This document shows, piece by piece, positions 15,548 through 30,982 of a stretch of 64,000 bases of DNA. Each line of letters opens with the position of its first letter. Positions within the stretch are counted from its first letter, which is position 1. Source of the DNA: Octopus vulgaris (taxonomy: Eukaryota); NCBI GenBank assembly GCA_951406725.2, contig OX597814.1, forward strand, positions 113,770,001 to 113,834,000, given 5' to 3'. The notes under the pieces are model-generated. The model was not told where the DNA came from. It did not search any database and worked only from the letters and a program-made list of their open reading frames with translations. The position numbers were made by a program, and so were the translations under genes.

Positions 15548-15807
15548 CTCTGAGCGTTATACTAATACATCTGTTTGTTTTTCTGCACCACTTGTCTTCG
15601 TCCTTTATTTTTTCCCTGAATTCTCCCTATATATATATGGTCGTGAATTGCTCGAAATGAAGAGTAGATAGACAGCCAATAACTGGCGAAGGGTCGTCCT
15701 TTACGTTAATTGTCTTGTTTTCCATTTGTTTCTCTCGTTGTTCGCATACCCAGGTTTGCCTTCGTATTTCATGTCGTTTACGTTTTGTGACGTCCTGTAC
15801 CCATATA

Positions 15808-15893
<86 letters not shown>

Positions 15894-16189
15894 TACATAT
15901 ACATATACATGCACACACACACACACGCACACACACACACACACGCACACACATATATATATATATATACTTATTAAGGATGTGCAGCACATTAGCTCAC
16001 TCCTTACATGGAATCGACGTTGTCTGAATGGGTGCGAGTTGTACCACGCGTCAGGTATCGAAAGGTAGGAATTGAAACCACGATCTGGCGATCGTGAGTG
16101 CAATATATAGGTAATATTGAAATCAATATTGAAATGTTGTAATACAAATATTTATATTTTTAGTTACCTGAATTGTTGCCAGAAACGTA

Positions 16190-16480
16190 TATTTTGGACA
16201 TTTGTCGCGGTGAATGTAGATCGTTTTCAGATTATTGCTCGATCCCTTCCTTCGAATGTCTTCTCTAAGCTTTTGGATTCTCTAGATGTTCACAGTACAG
16301 TGACATTCCAGGAATCCAAGGAGAATAGTGCCCTTGCCGTCGTTATTTACCGTTACTTTCTCTACTCATAACTGGTTCTTGAAATCATTAGGCCTTGGAG
16401 AACACCTTCCATGAATTGAGCTCTCATTTTCGGAGGTACGTTTCGTCTTATTTGTCCAGAAAGGAAAAAAAAGTCTTCAT
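16190..16480 (-). pseudogene. Highly degraded mariner transposase fragment
   Basis: KVTVNNDGKGTILLGFLECHCTVN...KLREDIRR resembles mariner KVM..VFWD.KG.I..DFL..G.TVN. Confidence 0.5.
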
Positions 16481-17639
16481 TAGAATTATAAGTGGAAGCC
16501 AATGTTTATTGCCAGATCAGTTAACCTTGGAATTTCTTGTCATCTTAAACTGTGTTATTAAGCTATAGTTGACTTACAGTTAACGTATTCAATACCCTCA
16601 ACGTTAGATATTTATAAATAAGGGTTCTCTTTTATGTAGATCTTTCTATGGGGTTCTATACTGATCTTATATTGATGACGCGGTTTGGTGTTGAGCTGAA
16701 GAATCTGCTTGTATCACAGAAACCCACCTCAGTGACTCCCCACAATGCTCATTTAACCACAGTGGATTGACCATAACTTGTGTTTATATGACTGTGCTTC
16801 GCGGTTGCGTAATTTTTATACGGATTTTAAGTATTCATAACCAACAACATGGGACCAGCGAACAGAAAATAATACAAAGATTTCTGATCTTAAGAAACGA
16901 CACACGAGTGGATTCTTTAAAGAAAAAAGTAGAGATGATCGACAAAATGCTGTTGGCCGCGAATTTGGTGTCAATAGATCCACAGTCATTCTATTGACAA
17001 AGTGCAGAAGATTATTCATTTATCGCTGATGTATTCATTACAGTTATTATATTTTAAAAACAAACCCCGTGATAAACGAGGACAGATGTATTGACAGGAC
17101 AATACTGTTAAATAGTAGCGAGTATTATATTAAAGCTGAGTGAATGCAAACGTATTTCAGTGGTTTTGAAGTTCGTTTCGTAATCCTGCGGTGCGAAGTT
17201 CGACCACTTTATGTGGCATTTTGGATGTCTTTTGTTACAGCTGCGGGTTGTCATAAGCCTGGGAACGGAGACAGTTTAAAAGAAGTCCGCCGGATGTTTC
17301 TCACGAACTACGATACGCAGATTCGGTACGTTAAGAATCTTCGGAATACTCATCCACTTATATCATAATTTAATGCATCTGCTGCTTCAGGTGATCGAAC
17401 GATTGGCTTCTCAGCGTCGAAATAGATGAAATATCTATCACGATTTTCACCACAGTTGTCATCTATCTATTGGGCTTGATGTAGTTCGCGCCGCCTATGC
17501 TGCAAGTATATTCGAGAAGGACTTTTGTAACATACGGTGCCTTTGTGATTAGTTTCAAAGAAACGAGTCACTTAAAATACACAACAAGAATAACAACGAC
17601 AAAACGATAAAATGATGGCTAGACGAATTTTATCTCACT

Positions 17640-18036
17640 ACTAGCAGCATCGCCCGGCGTTGTTCGGGTTTGTTTCAACCCTTTAGAATTGGAATTTTTG
17701 AAAAGTAAAAAATTTGCATTATGTAGCTCGTTATTCTCTTTAAGTGAACATTTTTCTGGTTGAAATACACCGAAAAATGGCGACACAGCAGTAAAAAAAG
17801 CGTAAAAAATAGGGATTTTCATAGAAAAAAAAAAGCACCTTTTTGATATAAATAATGTTTGGTGTAAACATGGTCCGATTTGAATTTTATCTTCTACAGA
17901 AGGAAGAGCAAGCCTTCTTCTATCATACTCTCAATTTTGGTCAACTTGCGCCGTAGGGTCTCGGAGGAGATAGTGTTAGTTGAAGGCTACCAAACCTGCC
18001 ATACACAGACAACTTCAGCTTTATATATAAAGAGAT
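17640..18036 (+). mobile_element. Helentron/HINE-like non-autonomous element
   Basis: Starts ACTAGCAGCATCGCCCGGCGTTG and ends acagac...ctttatatataaagagat. Shares its terminus with the 31763-32083 element. Confidence 0.55.
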
Positions 18037-18380
18037 AACAAGGCAACATCTCTTTCGTCTTTGCACATCACCCTTATATAAATGTCTACAAGGTAGACAA
18101 GGAATACCATAGAAAAATATATGGCAGTCATTATGAGAAAATAAAGAAGTAATCTGAGACAGATTTTAAGTCACTCATTTGGAAAACAGCAAAAGAATTT
18201 ACTGAAAATATGTGTTAAAAGTTAATCTTGCAAGGGAGGTAACTCTTGATTGCTTTATTACTGCAAAGTGTTTTGAAGTGTCGTCTGGTAAAACATTTCT
18301 GCTTGTGATATTTATTTCACAAACACACACACACACACACGCACGCACGTACCAACGCACGCACGTAAGTACGCACGCAT

Positions 18381-18460
<80 letters not shown>

Positions 18461-18903
18461 ACATTTTAAAATATATATGACCATGTTTAGGTATGCAACT
18501 ATATGTATCAGAATGCATACATACATAAATACGTACATACATACATAAATACATACATACATACATACATACATACATACTTACATCTATACATGCATGC
18601 ATGCATACATACATACATACATACATAAATACATACATACATACATACATACATACATACATGCATGCATGCATACATACATACATACATACATACATAC
18701 ATACATACATACATACATACATACATGCATGCATACATACATACATACATACATACATACATACATACATACATACATACATACCCTGTCGCTGATGTTG
18801 AAATTCCAATGAAGGATCAAGTTTAGAAATCGTTTTTTCTCTATTGACAAGAAATCTTGAAATATACTGAATAATGACATACGTACATGCATGCATACAT
18901 ACG

Positions 18904-18934
<31 letters not shown>

Positions 18935-19028
18935 ATATATATATATGTATATATAATATATATATATATATATATTATATAGGGCATGATAATTTCTTAT
19001 GAAGATTTTATCCTATTTTTAAATTAAA

Positions 19029-19093
<65 letters not shown>

Positions 19094-19095
<2 letters not shown>

Positions 19096-19310
19096 GGAAA
19101 GTTTACGAAAATAAACAAAAGACGAAGGCAGGTGGAGTACAAACAAACAAATGTATTAGTATAGCGCTCAGGAATAGAAAAGTCTTTTACGTTTCGAGCC
19201 TACGCTCTTCGACAGAAAGATACACAGAAAAAAACAAAGAGAGAAACAAGGAGAGAAAAAAGGAGAGAAAAAAAAGAGAAAAAAATGCGTGTAGGAGCTA
19301 ACGATCTATC
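19094..19310 (-). mobile_element. Short TA-associated element with HHR-like motif (A6U core) at 19183-19220
   Basis: UCUUU-CUGUCGAA-GAGC guag GCUC-GAAACGUA-AAAGA. Related copies at 11828-12000, 15545-15630 (partial), 48328-48425, 55100-55270 and 60898-61070. Confidence 0.7.
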
Positions 19311-20447
19311 ATGTGATATTTATTTCACAAACACACACACACACACACACACGCACGTTCTGTCTGTCTGTGTGCGTGCCTTCTAGGATCTCGGGCATCC
19401 TCCATCCGAATGCGCTCAAATTTGATATGTAGATACCGACGGTATCAGGGCGTGTATAAGTCTTGAAAAAATTACAAAAATCGATTCCAGGTGAGAATGC
19501 GATCGATAAAGCCGTGGGAACGTGCATTTGTACGCGCAAGTACATCAGCTGTTGCGATCGTTTTTCTTTAGAATAGAAAAAAAAGTCTATCTTTATTTCT
19601 TCTTTTGCTGGTGTCTCAAATTTAGGCTAAATCAGTGTTTCTCAAAGGGGAGGCCTATGGGACGGTCGGACAAGTTGTTTTGAGAAAATTTGGTTTAAAT
19701 GTTTGACAACTCAGCACCGTCCATTGGACGGGGAGGGGCGTTTTGCTCGTATATATATATATATATATATATAACTTAGATATGCTTTGGCCAAAGATTG
19801 GCCCAAGCCATGTCTAACTTTATAGTACCACCTGATTGGATCCGCTCAAGTAAATAGTTGTTGTTGACTGAGCTGCATTTAGTTATAGCTGGCTCATCTG
19901 GAATCCCTTAAAAAACTTTGTCCAGGTTTCGTTCGAAGTTGATGGGATCTTTTTCTTTGATTTATTTTGAGATCATGTTAAATAGAACAGAACCGGTTGA
20001 GAAGAAGAAATTGTGTGTGTGTGTTTGTGTGTGTGCGTGTGTGTGTGTGTGTGTGTGTTTGTGTGTGTGCGTGCGTGCGTGCATGTATGTACGTGTGTGT
20101 TTGTGTTTATGTATTTTTGTTTGTGTATAAATAAATAGATAAATATAAATTATTAAGGTGTTTATTCGCAATTTAGAACCGATAGGCAAGAATTTCAGTC
20201 GTCACTAAAGTGACGGAGGGTGGTAGTGAGCACCAATATTGCTAGAAATAAGAGTCAAAACAACTCTTGGCCACTTGAGATCCCTTTTCTAATGGCTGAC
20301 TAGGGAGATAGGCTCCCTCCCTATGGCAAGCGTTACCGAGGGTTAAAGAACCTGTCTCAACATGTCAGCCTTATAGAGAACACCATAGGAGACATTAACT
20401 GAATTCGAAAATGAATATACACATACACACACACAGTCAAGCGCACG

Positions 20448-20520
<73 letters not shown>

Positions 20521-20841
20521 ATGTATGTATACACACAAGTACCTTTAACGTGCCATTTTAAAAGAGTGGATAAGTAAACGAGTCTTGCATTACTTTAATG
20601 TCTTAAAAATTATGTAAATTCTTATTTGCTTTACATACATCTTTTATTGCATTATTCATTTATTTATGTGTGTATATATACATATAATACACACGCACAC
20701 GCATATATATATATATATATATATATATGATATATATAATACATAATATATATATATAAATAATGTATATTTTATATATGTATATATATATATAATATAT
20801 TTTATATATATATATATAATATATTATATATATATATAATG

Positions 20842-20874
<33 letters not shown>

Positions 20875-20991
20875 ATTTATATATATTTCCTCGGTGGTGC
20901 TCCAGCATGACCGCAGCTATATGGCTGATTCGAGTAAAAGAATAAAAGAATATATCTATATATACATATATATACATATATATACATGTAT

Positions 20992-21025
<34 letters not shown>

Positions 21026-21389
21026 GTAAGTATGATAATATATATTCACACACGCACATATATGTATGTGTGTGCGCGTGCGCATGTTTGTATATATATT
21101 TATATATATATTTACATATATATCGTTTATGTGTATTTATTCAATAATCTTCATTTGCTTTAAAGCATTAATGTAGTTAGGAGCGATTGAATGAATTTGA
21201 TTACCAACTCATTCGATGGCAATTTATATCCGTTACAGGCGTTTCATTGCAATATTCTCCTGACAGAACATAACAGATTAACGATCTACTTCTGGATAAG
21301 ATTTAAATCACTTATGGAAGGCCAAAATGACATAACCGAACTGTATTGCTAATCAAACTGGAAATTTATCATTTCGACTCAACAGATGA

Positions 21390-21480
<91 letters not shown>

Positions 21481-23772
21481 TCTCTGAAGAAGAAGAAAAT
21501 GTGCCAGAAACGTTAGATTCGTTCTCATATCGGCTGGTGTTGACTTTCTACACTGGGTGCTGAGGCAGCTCACAGGCTTCTCATTAATAAATGTTCCTAC
21601 TACTATCTGCTATTTCTCCAGTACTGTAAAAAACACTTGGATTTTAGTATGAAAGGGGTATTGGCCGTGTAAGGCGGCGAGCGGGCAGAAACGTTAGCAC
21701 GCCGGACGAAATGCGTAGCCGTATTTTGTCTGCCGTTACGTTCTGAGTTCAAATTCCGCCGAGGTCGACTTTGTCTTTCATCCTTTCGGGGTCGATAAAT
21801 TAAGTACCAGTTACGCACGGGGGTCGATATAATCCACTTAATCCATTTGTCTGTCCTTGTTTGTACTCTCTGTGTTTAGCCCCTTGTGGGTAGTAAAGAA
21901 ATAGGTATTGGTCGTGTATATTGACGTGGTACTCTTGCACCCCAAATCGAGTAGCGTAACTCTAACTTCTGCAGCCATGACTTATGTAACGAACCATACA
22001 CAAAGATACAATCACGACGGACTTGGTATGAGAATTCTTACAGGCAGCTTCCAGAATGGTGAACAAATCTGATAGGGTAGGATAAAGTTGGTAGGGAAAA
22101 ATGATACAGATTTCCTTCCTGCACAGCCAAACACAGGAGTTGCTATTTCACAGCAGAAACTGGGGTTTTGCACTATTCCACTTTTGTATGATTTGTAGCC
22201 GACCATCGATGCAGGCCTTAAGGTTCAATTGGAATGGATTTGATTGTCTATGTTCAGTCTATTGCGGCACGAAAGCCTCAGCATGTTCTCTCCATCAACC
22301 ATGGTCCGATGTGGAAGCCGTGAATTTGAGCTTGAGATCATACTGGTTTGGTGAGCGTACCCTGTCACACTGGCTCGACATGGCTTCGCAGAGTGATGAA
22401 GTTTTTATGCTCATGACCAGGAGTAGCTAAGTCGATTTGATCGACTCTAATACCCAACGATGTCGTATGTATTTTATCGATCCCGAAAGGACGAAAGGGA
22501 AGTCAATCTCGGCGGAATTTGAACTCAGAAGGACGGGATAGACATCGAACTCTACCGCCTGCATTTGTTGAAGGAGACAACAAAGTCTATTATGTCCCAG
22601 TCTATCACTTATCTCGGACTGTTCAATGAAGAAAAACTGCAAAGCTGCAGACATCCACTTCGAATTGAACACCACAACGTCCTCACCCTTCTGTAACAGA
22701 CTAAATGTGGCTAGGTTACCATGGCATGCCTCCGTCACCCAGATCCATCCGTAAACTTGAGTGCCCTCTTGCCTTAGGGTGTACAATATAGACATATTGG
22801 GGCTGAAGCTGCATTTTCAGTTTTCTGCATCCCGTAATAGTAGTTGCTGTTGTCGTCGTCGTCTTCTTCTTCTTCTTCTTCTTCTTCTTCTTCTTCTTCT
22901 TCTTCTTCTTCTTCTTCTTCTTCTTCTTCTTCTTCTTCTTCTTCTTCTTCTTCTTCTTCTTCTTCTTCTTCCAATCAGGACTCATGCCATTAGCCACAAA
23001 CAATAATCTCTAATTCGAGCCTACTCTAAGCTACTAAGAACGCGTGTGGCAACTTGAAGATCCACCCACCACACGCGATAGATTGGCGATTGCACGGGCG
23101 CGAAAGCTACGTTGTTATCCTCATTCCGTAAACGGTGGCTTTTAACGGGTGGAGAGCTGAACTATCGTGGGGTAAAGAAGATTCGCAATCTAGAATAGGG
23201 TCTGAAAGTTTACCACACCATAGTGGGTTACACCATGGTTCCTCTGCTTTGTAGCAGAAGTAGGAAGAAAGAGTGAGAGAAAGTTGTGGCGAAAAAGTAC
23301 AGCGGGGTACACCACTCACCCCGCCGGAGCCTCATGGAGCTTAGATGTTTTTGCTCAATAAACACTCACAATGCCTGGTCTGGGAATCGAAACCACGTTC
23401 TTACGACCGCGAGTTCGCTGCCTTAACCACTGGACCATTGTGCCTCCACTGCTGTTGTCGTTGAAGCGGATTGGAAAGAAATTTTCACCGAATAGCATTG
23501 CTTTCGCTTTTTTTCACCCCCTCCGATTTTCCGATTTCCCATATTGTAGAACACTTTTTGAAAATTATTTTTTCAAAATAGATTACAAACGAAGCAGTTT
23601 AAAAAAAAAAAAAAAAGACTTCCCCTCTACTCACTGTCAATAGAACAACAATATACATAGAAAAAATTTGAAGGAAATAACCATTCATTTCAAGACTCAC
23701 AGACAGAAGTAAGGCGCAGACTGCGTAGGTAGAAATAGTTATGATAACACTTTTTCATTATTCAGGAATAAT

Positions 23773-23868
<96 letters not shown>

Positions 23869-23913
23869 GCAAAAGTCAAACATAGAATAATAATAATAAT
23901 AATAATAATAATG

Positions 23914-24031
<118 letters not shown>

Positions 24032-24827
24032 TAATAATAATAATCTTAATGGTACGGAAGATATTGGTTGATGATGTCGAATGCAACATTTATATTTAAC
24101 TAGGAATTTGACTGTGTCTCTCATTGTTGTTGCCAAATATAGTTTTGCTAACCTACGAAAGATGAAAATGTAAATTCTGCAACCATGCTGGGTTTATCAA
24201 ATCTTGTTGAAGTCTTCTTCTTCGTTAATGAGTTCGTTGCAACGATTCCAGCTTGCATTTCCTTTAAAACCACCAACTGACCTTAGACTTGTTCTACTAC
24301 ACATCATTATTTATCGGAACTTCATGATATTGGCAGTTGATATCTTTTTCAGTGTTTATTTTTAGCGCTGTTCTTTAACAATTAATATCTGAACTACAAA
24401 GTTGTTACATAAACGAAATAAAAATATTTTTTTATGACATTTATTACTTGTTCTAAATAGAGGCCTAAGCGAAGCTCTGCTTTTTAACACACAAGTCATT
24501 TTGAGAAGATTCTTCGAGACAAAATATTACTGTTATTATTGTTTTATATCTGAGTACACATTATGAATGTGTATAAACAACGGTATTTTAATCCTAAAGC
24601 TCTTTTACTTTTTTACTTGTTTCAGTCATGTGACTGTGGCCATGCTGGAGCACCACCTTTAGTCGAGCAAATCGACCCCAGGACTTATTGTTTGCAAGCC
24701 TAGTACTTATTCTATCGAACTCTTTTGCCGAACCGCTAAGTGACGGGTACGTAAACACACCAGCATCGGTTGTCAAGCGATGTTGGGGGGACAAACACAG
24801 ACACACAAACACAGACACACACACACA

Positions 24828-24904
<77 letters not shown>

Positions 24905-26318
24905 GTAAATATATATATATAAACGACGGGCTTCTTTCAGTTTCCGTCTACCAAATCTACTCACAAGGCTTTGATCGGCCTGAGGCTATTGTAGAAGACA
25001 CTTGCCCAAGGTGCCACGCAGTGGAACTGAACCCGGAACCATGTGGTTGGTAAGCAAGCTACTTACTACACAGCCACTCCTATGCCTATATAAAATTTTA
25101 TTTTAGCCTCACTAGTTCTCGCACAAATCAGTAAATGTTTTATTTATCGATTTTTCTATCGGGACCAGAATTTTTAGGCTTAGCTCAGAACGTCCGGGAT
25201 ATTCGTCACTGAGGAAGGTGCGTGGCTTAGTGGTTACGATACTCGGCTCACAATCGTAAGGTCGTGAGCTCGATTCCCGGCGGCGTGTTGTTTCCTTGAG
25301 CAAGGCCCTTTCTGTCATGTTGCTTCAGTCCACTCAATTGGCAAAAATAAGTAGCACCCGTATTTCAAAAGGCCAGCCTTGGCATATTCTGCGTCACGCT
25401 GAATCTCCCCGAAAACTACGTTAAGGGTACAAACATGTCTGTGGAGTACTCAGCCACTTGCACGTTAATTTCATGAGCAGGCTGTTCCGTTGATGGGGTC
25501 AACTGGAACCCTTGTCATTGTCACCACGGGGTGCCGGTTTATACTTAAAAGAAAACAGATGCATTTCTATATTGATATGAACAAAGAATGGCATAAAAGT
25601 TGACGCGTAGCGGTTTTGGAACTTAGGTTTAGAGCTTTTATTCCATCTACACTGGATTTCTTCGGAAGTATTTTTGGAGGAGGAGTTATGGATTAAAAGC
25701 CAAGCTGTATTAATAACAATCTGCTCATCCGCACAGATGAAGGCAGTGATATCCAACTCGAAGTGAGGGTCGTGGGAATAAAATATATCAAAAGTCACGC
25801 CAATGGTAGTACGGCAGCATGGTTCCAGTATGACCCCCAGTATGGCCTCAGCATTGCTCCAGCATGATTGGGACACAAAAAGAAGAAAAGAACACTTTAA
25901 TATCGGAATTGACTTCGTTTAGAAATTCTTGACATAAGGGAGTTTTGTTGTACATCCTGCAATTGAAGTCGAAAGGCTACTTAGAAATACTTCTGAGACT
26001 TAATAGTTTGTCTTTTAACTAAGATATATGTTAGATTAATTAGTTTACTCTCTCCTGAAATTTCTTAAGCCATTGTCTTAAAGACTCGACATCCATATAT
26101 GTCTTCTCGTTCCGATTGCTATGAGGCAGTGACGACAATTTTGAATGTAAGTCGACGTCTTTCCCGTTGTCTGCAACCTCTTTTTAAAGTACGAGCAGAT
26201 GCCGTATATGGCGGTGTATAAGACAATTAAAAAAATATATTTTCTTAAATGTAACAAAAAAATTGCTAGGCGTCTACTTTGACCGTGTTACAGACGGAAT
26301 TCTGAGAGTGTGAATGTA

Positions 26319-26528
26319 CAGGGTGCGGCAGAAGCACCTCCCACATTTTAAACTTTCACCTATTTGTTGCAATGAACTTATGCAAGTGCCAATGTTGTTT
26401 TTATTTAGCTAATGAAAAAACACTGTAACCCTTTGTTTAAACAACAATAAAATTAATTTTTCACAAATGTTGTTTCTTTTTCCTTTTGTCAACCTCTCAA
26501 ATGTGGGAGGTATTTCTGCCGCACCCTG
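26319..26528. mobile_element. Tc1/mariner-type MITE
   Basis: TIR cagggtgcggcagaagcacctcccacattt / aaatgtgggaggtatttctgccgcaccctg; TA on the left side. Confidence 0.8.
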
Positions 26529-27441
26529 CATCATGAATTATTAATCTTTTTTTCTACAAAATATACACACACCCGCGCCAAAAATGTAAGTATTTGTCTC
26601 ATGCGTGATTGCATTTATCCACCGGCAAATACAGAACGTTAAGAATCCAGCTTCTGTGCAACAACTGTTAAGATCCTGCTATATCACCAAGGTGTTATAC
26701 TTTACCTGGACTAGTGATCGCATTGCTGACATCTTTTCTCTCAATATCGATCAGTATTTTCTTGGTTTTCGTTTTATTATAATCGAAATCAAAAGAAGTT
26801 AGATTAGCAATTTGATGCTCATTAATGGTGCCCGCAGCATCACAAAAGTTCAAGTGTTTGTATGCATCACTGGTGTTGCTATAGTTTTTCTTTCTGCAAA
26901 ACTCCCAATTAATCCGAATTACGTATTTCCGCATAAATCGGAGGCGGGGATAAACCTTCTGTTGCGACTTTTAATCTTGGAGGTATTCTTAACTATAATA
27001 CACATCACCTGGTTTATATCAGATTCTTACGACATCTCCCAGAGCTTCAAAAACCATTCCTACTTTATTCGTGTTTTCTCTCTCGAAAAATTCAGTTTTT
27101 ATTTTGACAGACATTTAAAAAAATTCATTTATATCCAGTAATCATTTGTGAATATGAGATCAAATGCAGATCAAATATAAACCCACCGTTTATATTGTGT
27201 GCGGGCACATGAACATACATACTAAAACTCACATTTGTTAATTTAACAAATGCGCGGGTGTGTGTGACAAGAGGCAGACGGTATAGAAATGTAATAGAAA
27301 AGTGTCGGTTAGCATAATTAATGTAGGAGCCAATACACACACACACGCACATTAGACAGAGAGAGAGGGAGAGCAGACAAGATGAATAAAAAAAATTTAA
27401 TATAAATATGTATGATAAAAACATAAGACAACCAACTGAAT

Positions 27442-27508
<67 letters not shown>

Positions 27509-28314
27509 TAATTGCTTGATTGACTGATTGATTGATTGATTGATTGATTGAGCAAACGGTTAATCAACTAGTTATTAGTTAATTGGTTCATTAGTTAACT
27601 TTTTAATGAACGATAATAAAAAGAAGTGAATTAGAACCAGTGCATGTGTTTTTATCAGCAAAGTCACGATTCCATACTATAACAATAAAAAAGCAGTCGA
27701 TATTTAAAAGGGGCGTGGGGTGTGGGAAATATAGGTGTTAAAGCTGAGTTAACAGTTTAAATTTCACGAGTGAGTTTCACGCTTCCGATTTTCAAACGAA
27801 ATTTGAGGAATGAAACAGAAAACCGTTAATAAGAATATTCTGATAATGGATATATAAAGGAAGCATTTTATTGGGTGCATATATAAAGACAAATAAATAC
27901 TTGATTGGATACACATGAAAAGATAACATAAATCGACTAAAAATAACTCCTTGAATATAAACAAGACAAATAATTAAATATATTATTCTAGTAGATAATT
28001 AGCTTTGTGTTTCAGAGAATATCTTTCAAAATATATTTTGAGGTTGAGGGGAAACGTATGACAGTGCTTTTAATATAATTTGGGCTATTATTGGTTTCGC
28101 CACCAGTTTACAAGTATGTTAACAGCTGAAATAAATTAAGTTATCGTTTCCGTTTAATCGTGAATATTTACATGTTATCGTAGGGCGAGAGCAGACTGAA
28201 TTGAAGGAATAATATTCTTTGTAATTGTTTGCATAAAGTAAATTATCTTGTATATAATTCTTAAAAGACGGCTCCGCCATCATCAACCATCAGTCACTTG
28301 CCCGTCTGCGAAAT

Positions 28315-29310
28315 TTCTGTACCCCCAGTAATGAACTCATTTGCATATTCAGAGCTCGCCTTGACCATGTCAAGATAACATAGGCTGGCATTCAAAATGG
28401 CAGCATCGGATGGCCATGCGAATCTTGTATAGTACTCTCATTCAGATGCCAATACCATCGATACTGAAAGACGGTGAGCTGGCAGAAATGTTAGCACGCC
28501 GGGAGAAATGCTTAGCGGCATTTCGTCTGCCGCTAAGGCGGCGAGCTGGCAGAATCGTTAGCAGGCCGGACGAAATTCTTAGCGGTATTTCGTCTGCTGC
28601 TACGTTCAGAGTTCAAATTCCGCCGAGGTCGACTTTGCCTTTCATCCTTTCGGGGTCGATAAATTAGGTACTAGTTACACACTGGGGTCGATATAATCGA
28701 CTTAATCCGTCTGTCTGTCCTTGTGTGTCTCCTCTGTGTTTAGCCCCTTGTGGGTAGTAAAGAAATATGTATTTCGTCTGCCGTTACGTTCTGAGTTCAA
28801 ATTCCGCCGAGGTCGACTTTGCCTTTCATCCTTTCAAAGTCGATTAAGTAAGTACCAGTTACGCACTAGGGTCGATGTAATCGACTTAATCCGTTTGTCT
28901 GTCCTTGTTTGTCCCATCTGTGTTTAACCCCTTGTGGGTAGTAAAGAAATAAGTATTTCGTCTGTCTTTACGTTCTGAAATTCCGCCGAGGTCGACTTTG
29001 CCTTTCATCCTTTCGGGGTCGATAAATTAAATACCGATTGCATACTGGGATCGATGTAATCGACTGGCCTCCTCCCCCAAATTTCGAGCCTAGTGCCTTG
29101 AGTAGAAAAGAGTATCATCAATACTGAACACATAGGCTGGGTTAGCGGTAAGTTTGAATTACTATAGCAATGATAATGTTTTTGACGAATATGAAAGTAC
29201 GGAAGTCGCCATTTTGAATGCCAGCCTTTGTTAACTTGACAGGAAGGTCAAGGTGAGCTCTGATTGGCTGTACGTAAATGTGTTCATTACTGGAGTCCAG
29301 AACTCTCGTG
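28315..29310. mobile_element. Foldback/MITE-like element with long inverted arms, interrupted by a SINE multimer
   Basis: 28324-28410 vs 29205-29293 inverted (cagtaatgaac..cagagctcgccttgacc..gctggcattcaaaatggc). Confidence 0.65.
28470..29113 (+). mobile_element. SINE family 1 multimer with internal tandem reiterations
   Basis: Three reiterated body segments, flanked by near-direct repeat catcgatactgaa / catcaatactgaa. Confidence 0.8.
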
Positions 29311-29329
29311 AGAAAAAAACAATTTTGCT

Positions 29330-29830
29330 GCCCGCCCTCTGTCCAGAGATCGGTTTGCAAAGACTCCACAGTTCTCTTCGTATTGTGCTGCATGCTTACA
29401 CCATGCAATACAACAATTGTTTTCACTTCCTCCTTTGATGTCATCAATCCATAAGCAACTTTGAGGCCTCATCATCTTTTTCCGCCACACATCCTGTAAG
29501 GATGATCTTGGGTAGTAACGTGTAGTGCATTTTATGTTCAAAATAATTCAGATTATCATCATTCTAGTAGATAATTTACTTTATGTTTCAGAGAATATCT
29601 TTCCAAATATGATAGCACTGTGGACTTGATCCTCGGTAATTGCGTCCTTCGATTTTCAGCTTTTTTAGAACTGCTCTACTTACAAGAAACCCACTGCTCA
29701 AACGCTTCTGTTTTCTCCGGTGATGTTGGCATTGTCCAAGTTTCTTCCTTTAGTAGCCTCTGATTCTTGGTTGTGTTTTTCGTATTTGTTTTCCGTGATG
29801 TTTCTCCATTTTTTCTTCCGTTACCAACTA
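29330..29830 (-). pseudogene. Degraded RTE-clade LINE remnant
   Basis: LLKEETWTM...EKTEAFEQW, DAITEDQV and WIDDIK resemble RTE C-terminal motifs. Confidence 0.6.
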
Positions 29831-29893
29831 TTCATTATAAGTGACTCTGTGTATAGAGAGCAAGTTCTAAGAGCGTTCTAAAAGTGACCAATA

Positions 29894-30065
29894 GGCGCAG
29901 TAGTGGCTGTGTGGTAAGAAGCTTGCTTACCAACCACATGGTTCCGGGTTCAGTCCCACTGCGTTGCACTTTGGGCAAGTGTCTCTCTAGTATAGCATCG
30001 GGCCGACCAAAGCCTTGTGAGTGGATTTGGTAGACGGAAACTGAAAGAAGCCCGTCGTATATATC

Positions 30066-30098
<33 letters not shown>

Positions 30099-30358
30099 TG
30101 TATGTATGTATGTATGTATGTATGTATGTATGTATGTATGTATGTATGTATGTATTTGTGTGTCTGTGTTTGTCCCCCACCCATCGCTTAACGACCGATG
30201 TTGGTGTGTTTACATCCCCGTAACCTAGCGGTTCAGCAAAAGACAACGATAGAATAAGTACTAGGCTTACAAACAATAAGTCCTGGGGTCGATTTGTTTG
30301 ACTAAAAGGCGGTGCTCCAGCATGGCCGCAGTCAAATGAGTGAAACGAGTAAAAGAGT
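29894..30358 (+). mobile_element. SINE family 2 (tRNA-like head, internal microsatellite)
   Basis: A/B-box-like gtggctgtgtggtaag...gggttcagtccc; internal (TATG)n; tail gactgaaacaagtaaaagag. Copies at 9038-9475, 10815-11172, 24598-25088(-), 34455-34965, 38683-39080(-), 45380-45545(-), 48085-48300(-), 52630-53180(-), 56930-57150. Confidence 0.85.
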
Positions 30359-30982
30359 AATAGTTTCTCTCATTATATATGTCATTACCCGTTTCCTTCC
30401 ATCCATCCTTCCTTCCTTCCTTCCTTCCTTCCTTCTGGCCTTTCTTCCTTCCGGCCTTTCTTCCTTTCTATCTTTAATATTGAATTAGTTTGAAGTGTAA
30501 CTCCAGTATGGTCGAATGGTTTAGAACTTCACTTCACAACGACAAGGTCCAAAGATCTATTCCTCAACGAGTCATTTGGGCAAATGTTATTTTCTACAGT
30601 CTCAAGTTGACGCACACCCTGTCAATGAAACCGGTTCAACAGAAACTGTGCTGAAGCCCATCGAGTGATTTGTATCGCCCCCCCCAATCACAAGATACAG
30701 CCACATCACACATTGTGTCATGCTGATTCCGCCTGAAAACTTACATTAAGAGTACAGACAGGTTTCTGTGATATACTCAACCACTTAAAAGACAGATCCA
30801 CCATTTTGTAATACCTGAGTGTCAAATGACATTTGGTGGGCAGCCTAAAATAACTTAAATAAATTTACTTGAATTATAATGTTAATTATAATATTATAAT
30901 GTTAATTGCAGCGTGGAAGGTGTTTATAAGCCATTTAAAAACACACAAAAACCGTTAGATTCACTTCAACATTTAAATTTAA

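Noticed and set aside
16850-17530. Possible second decayed mariner on the plus strand
   Set aside because: Only faint HPLYS-like similarity; too degraded to support.
29400-29830. Apparent host exons with gtaagt/gtaagc donors
   Set aside because: Peptides match decayed RTE LINE motifs.
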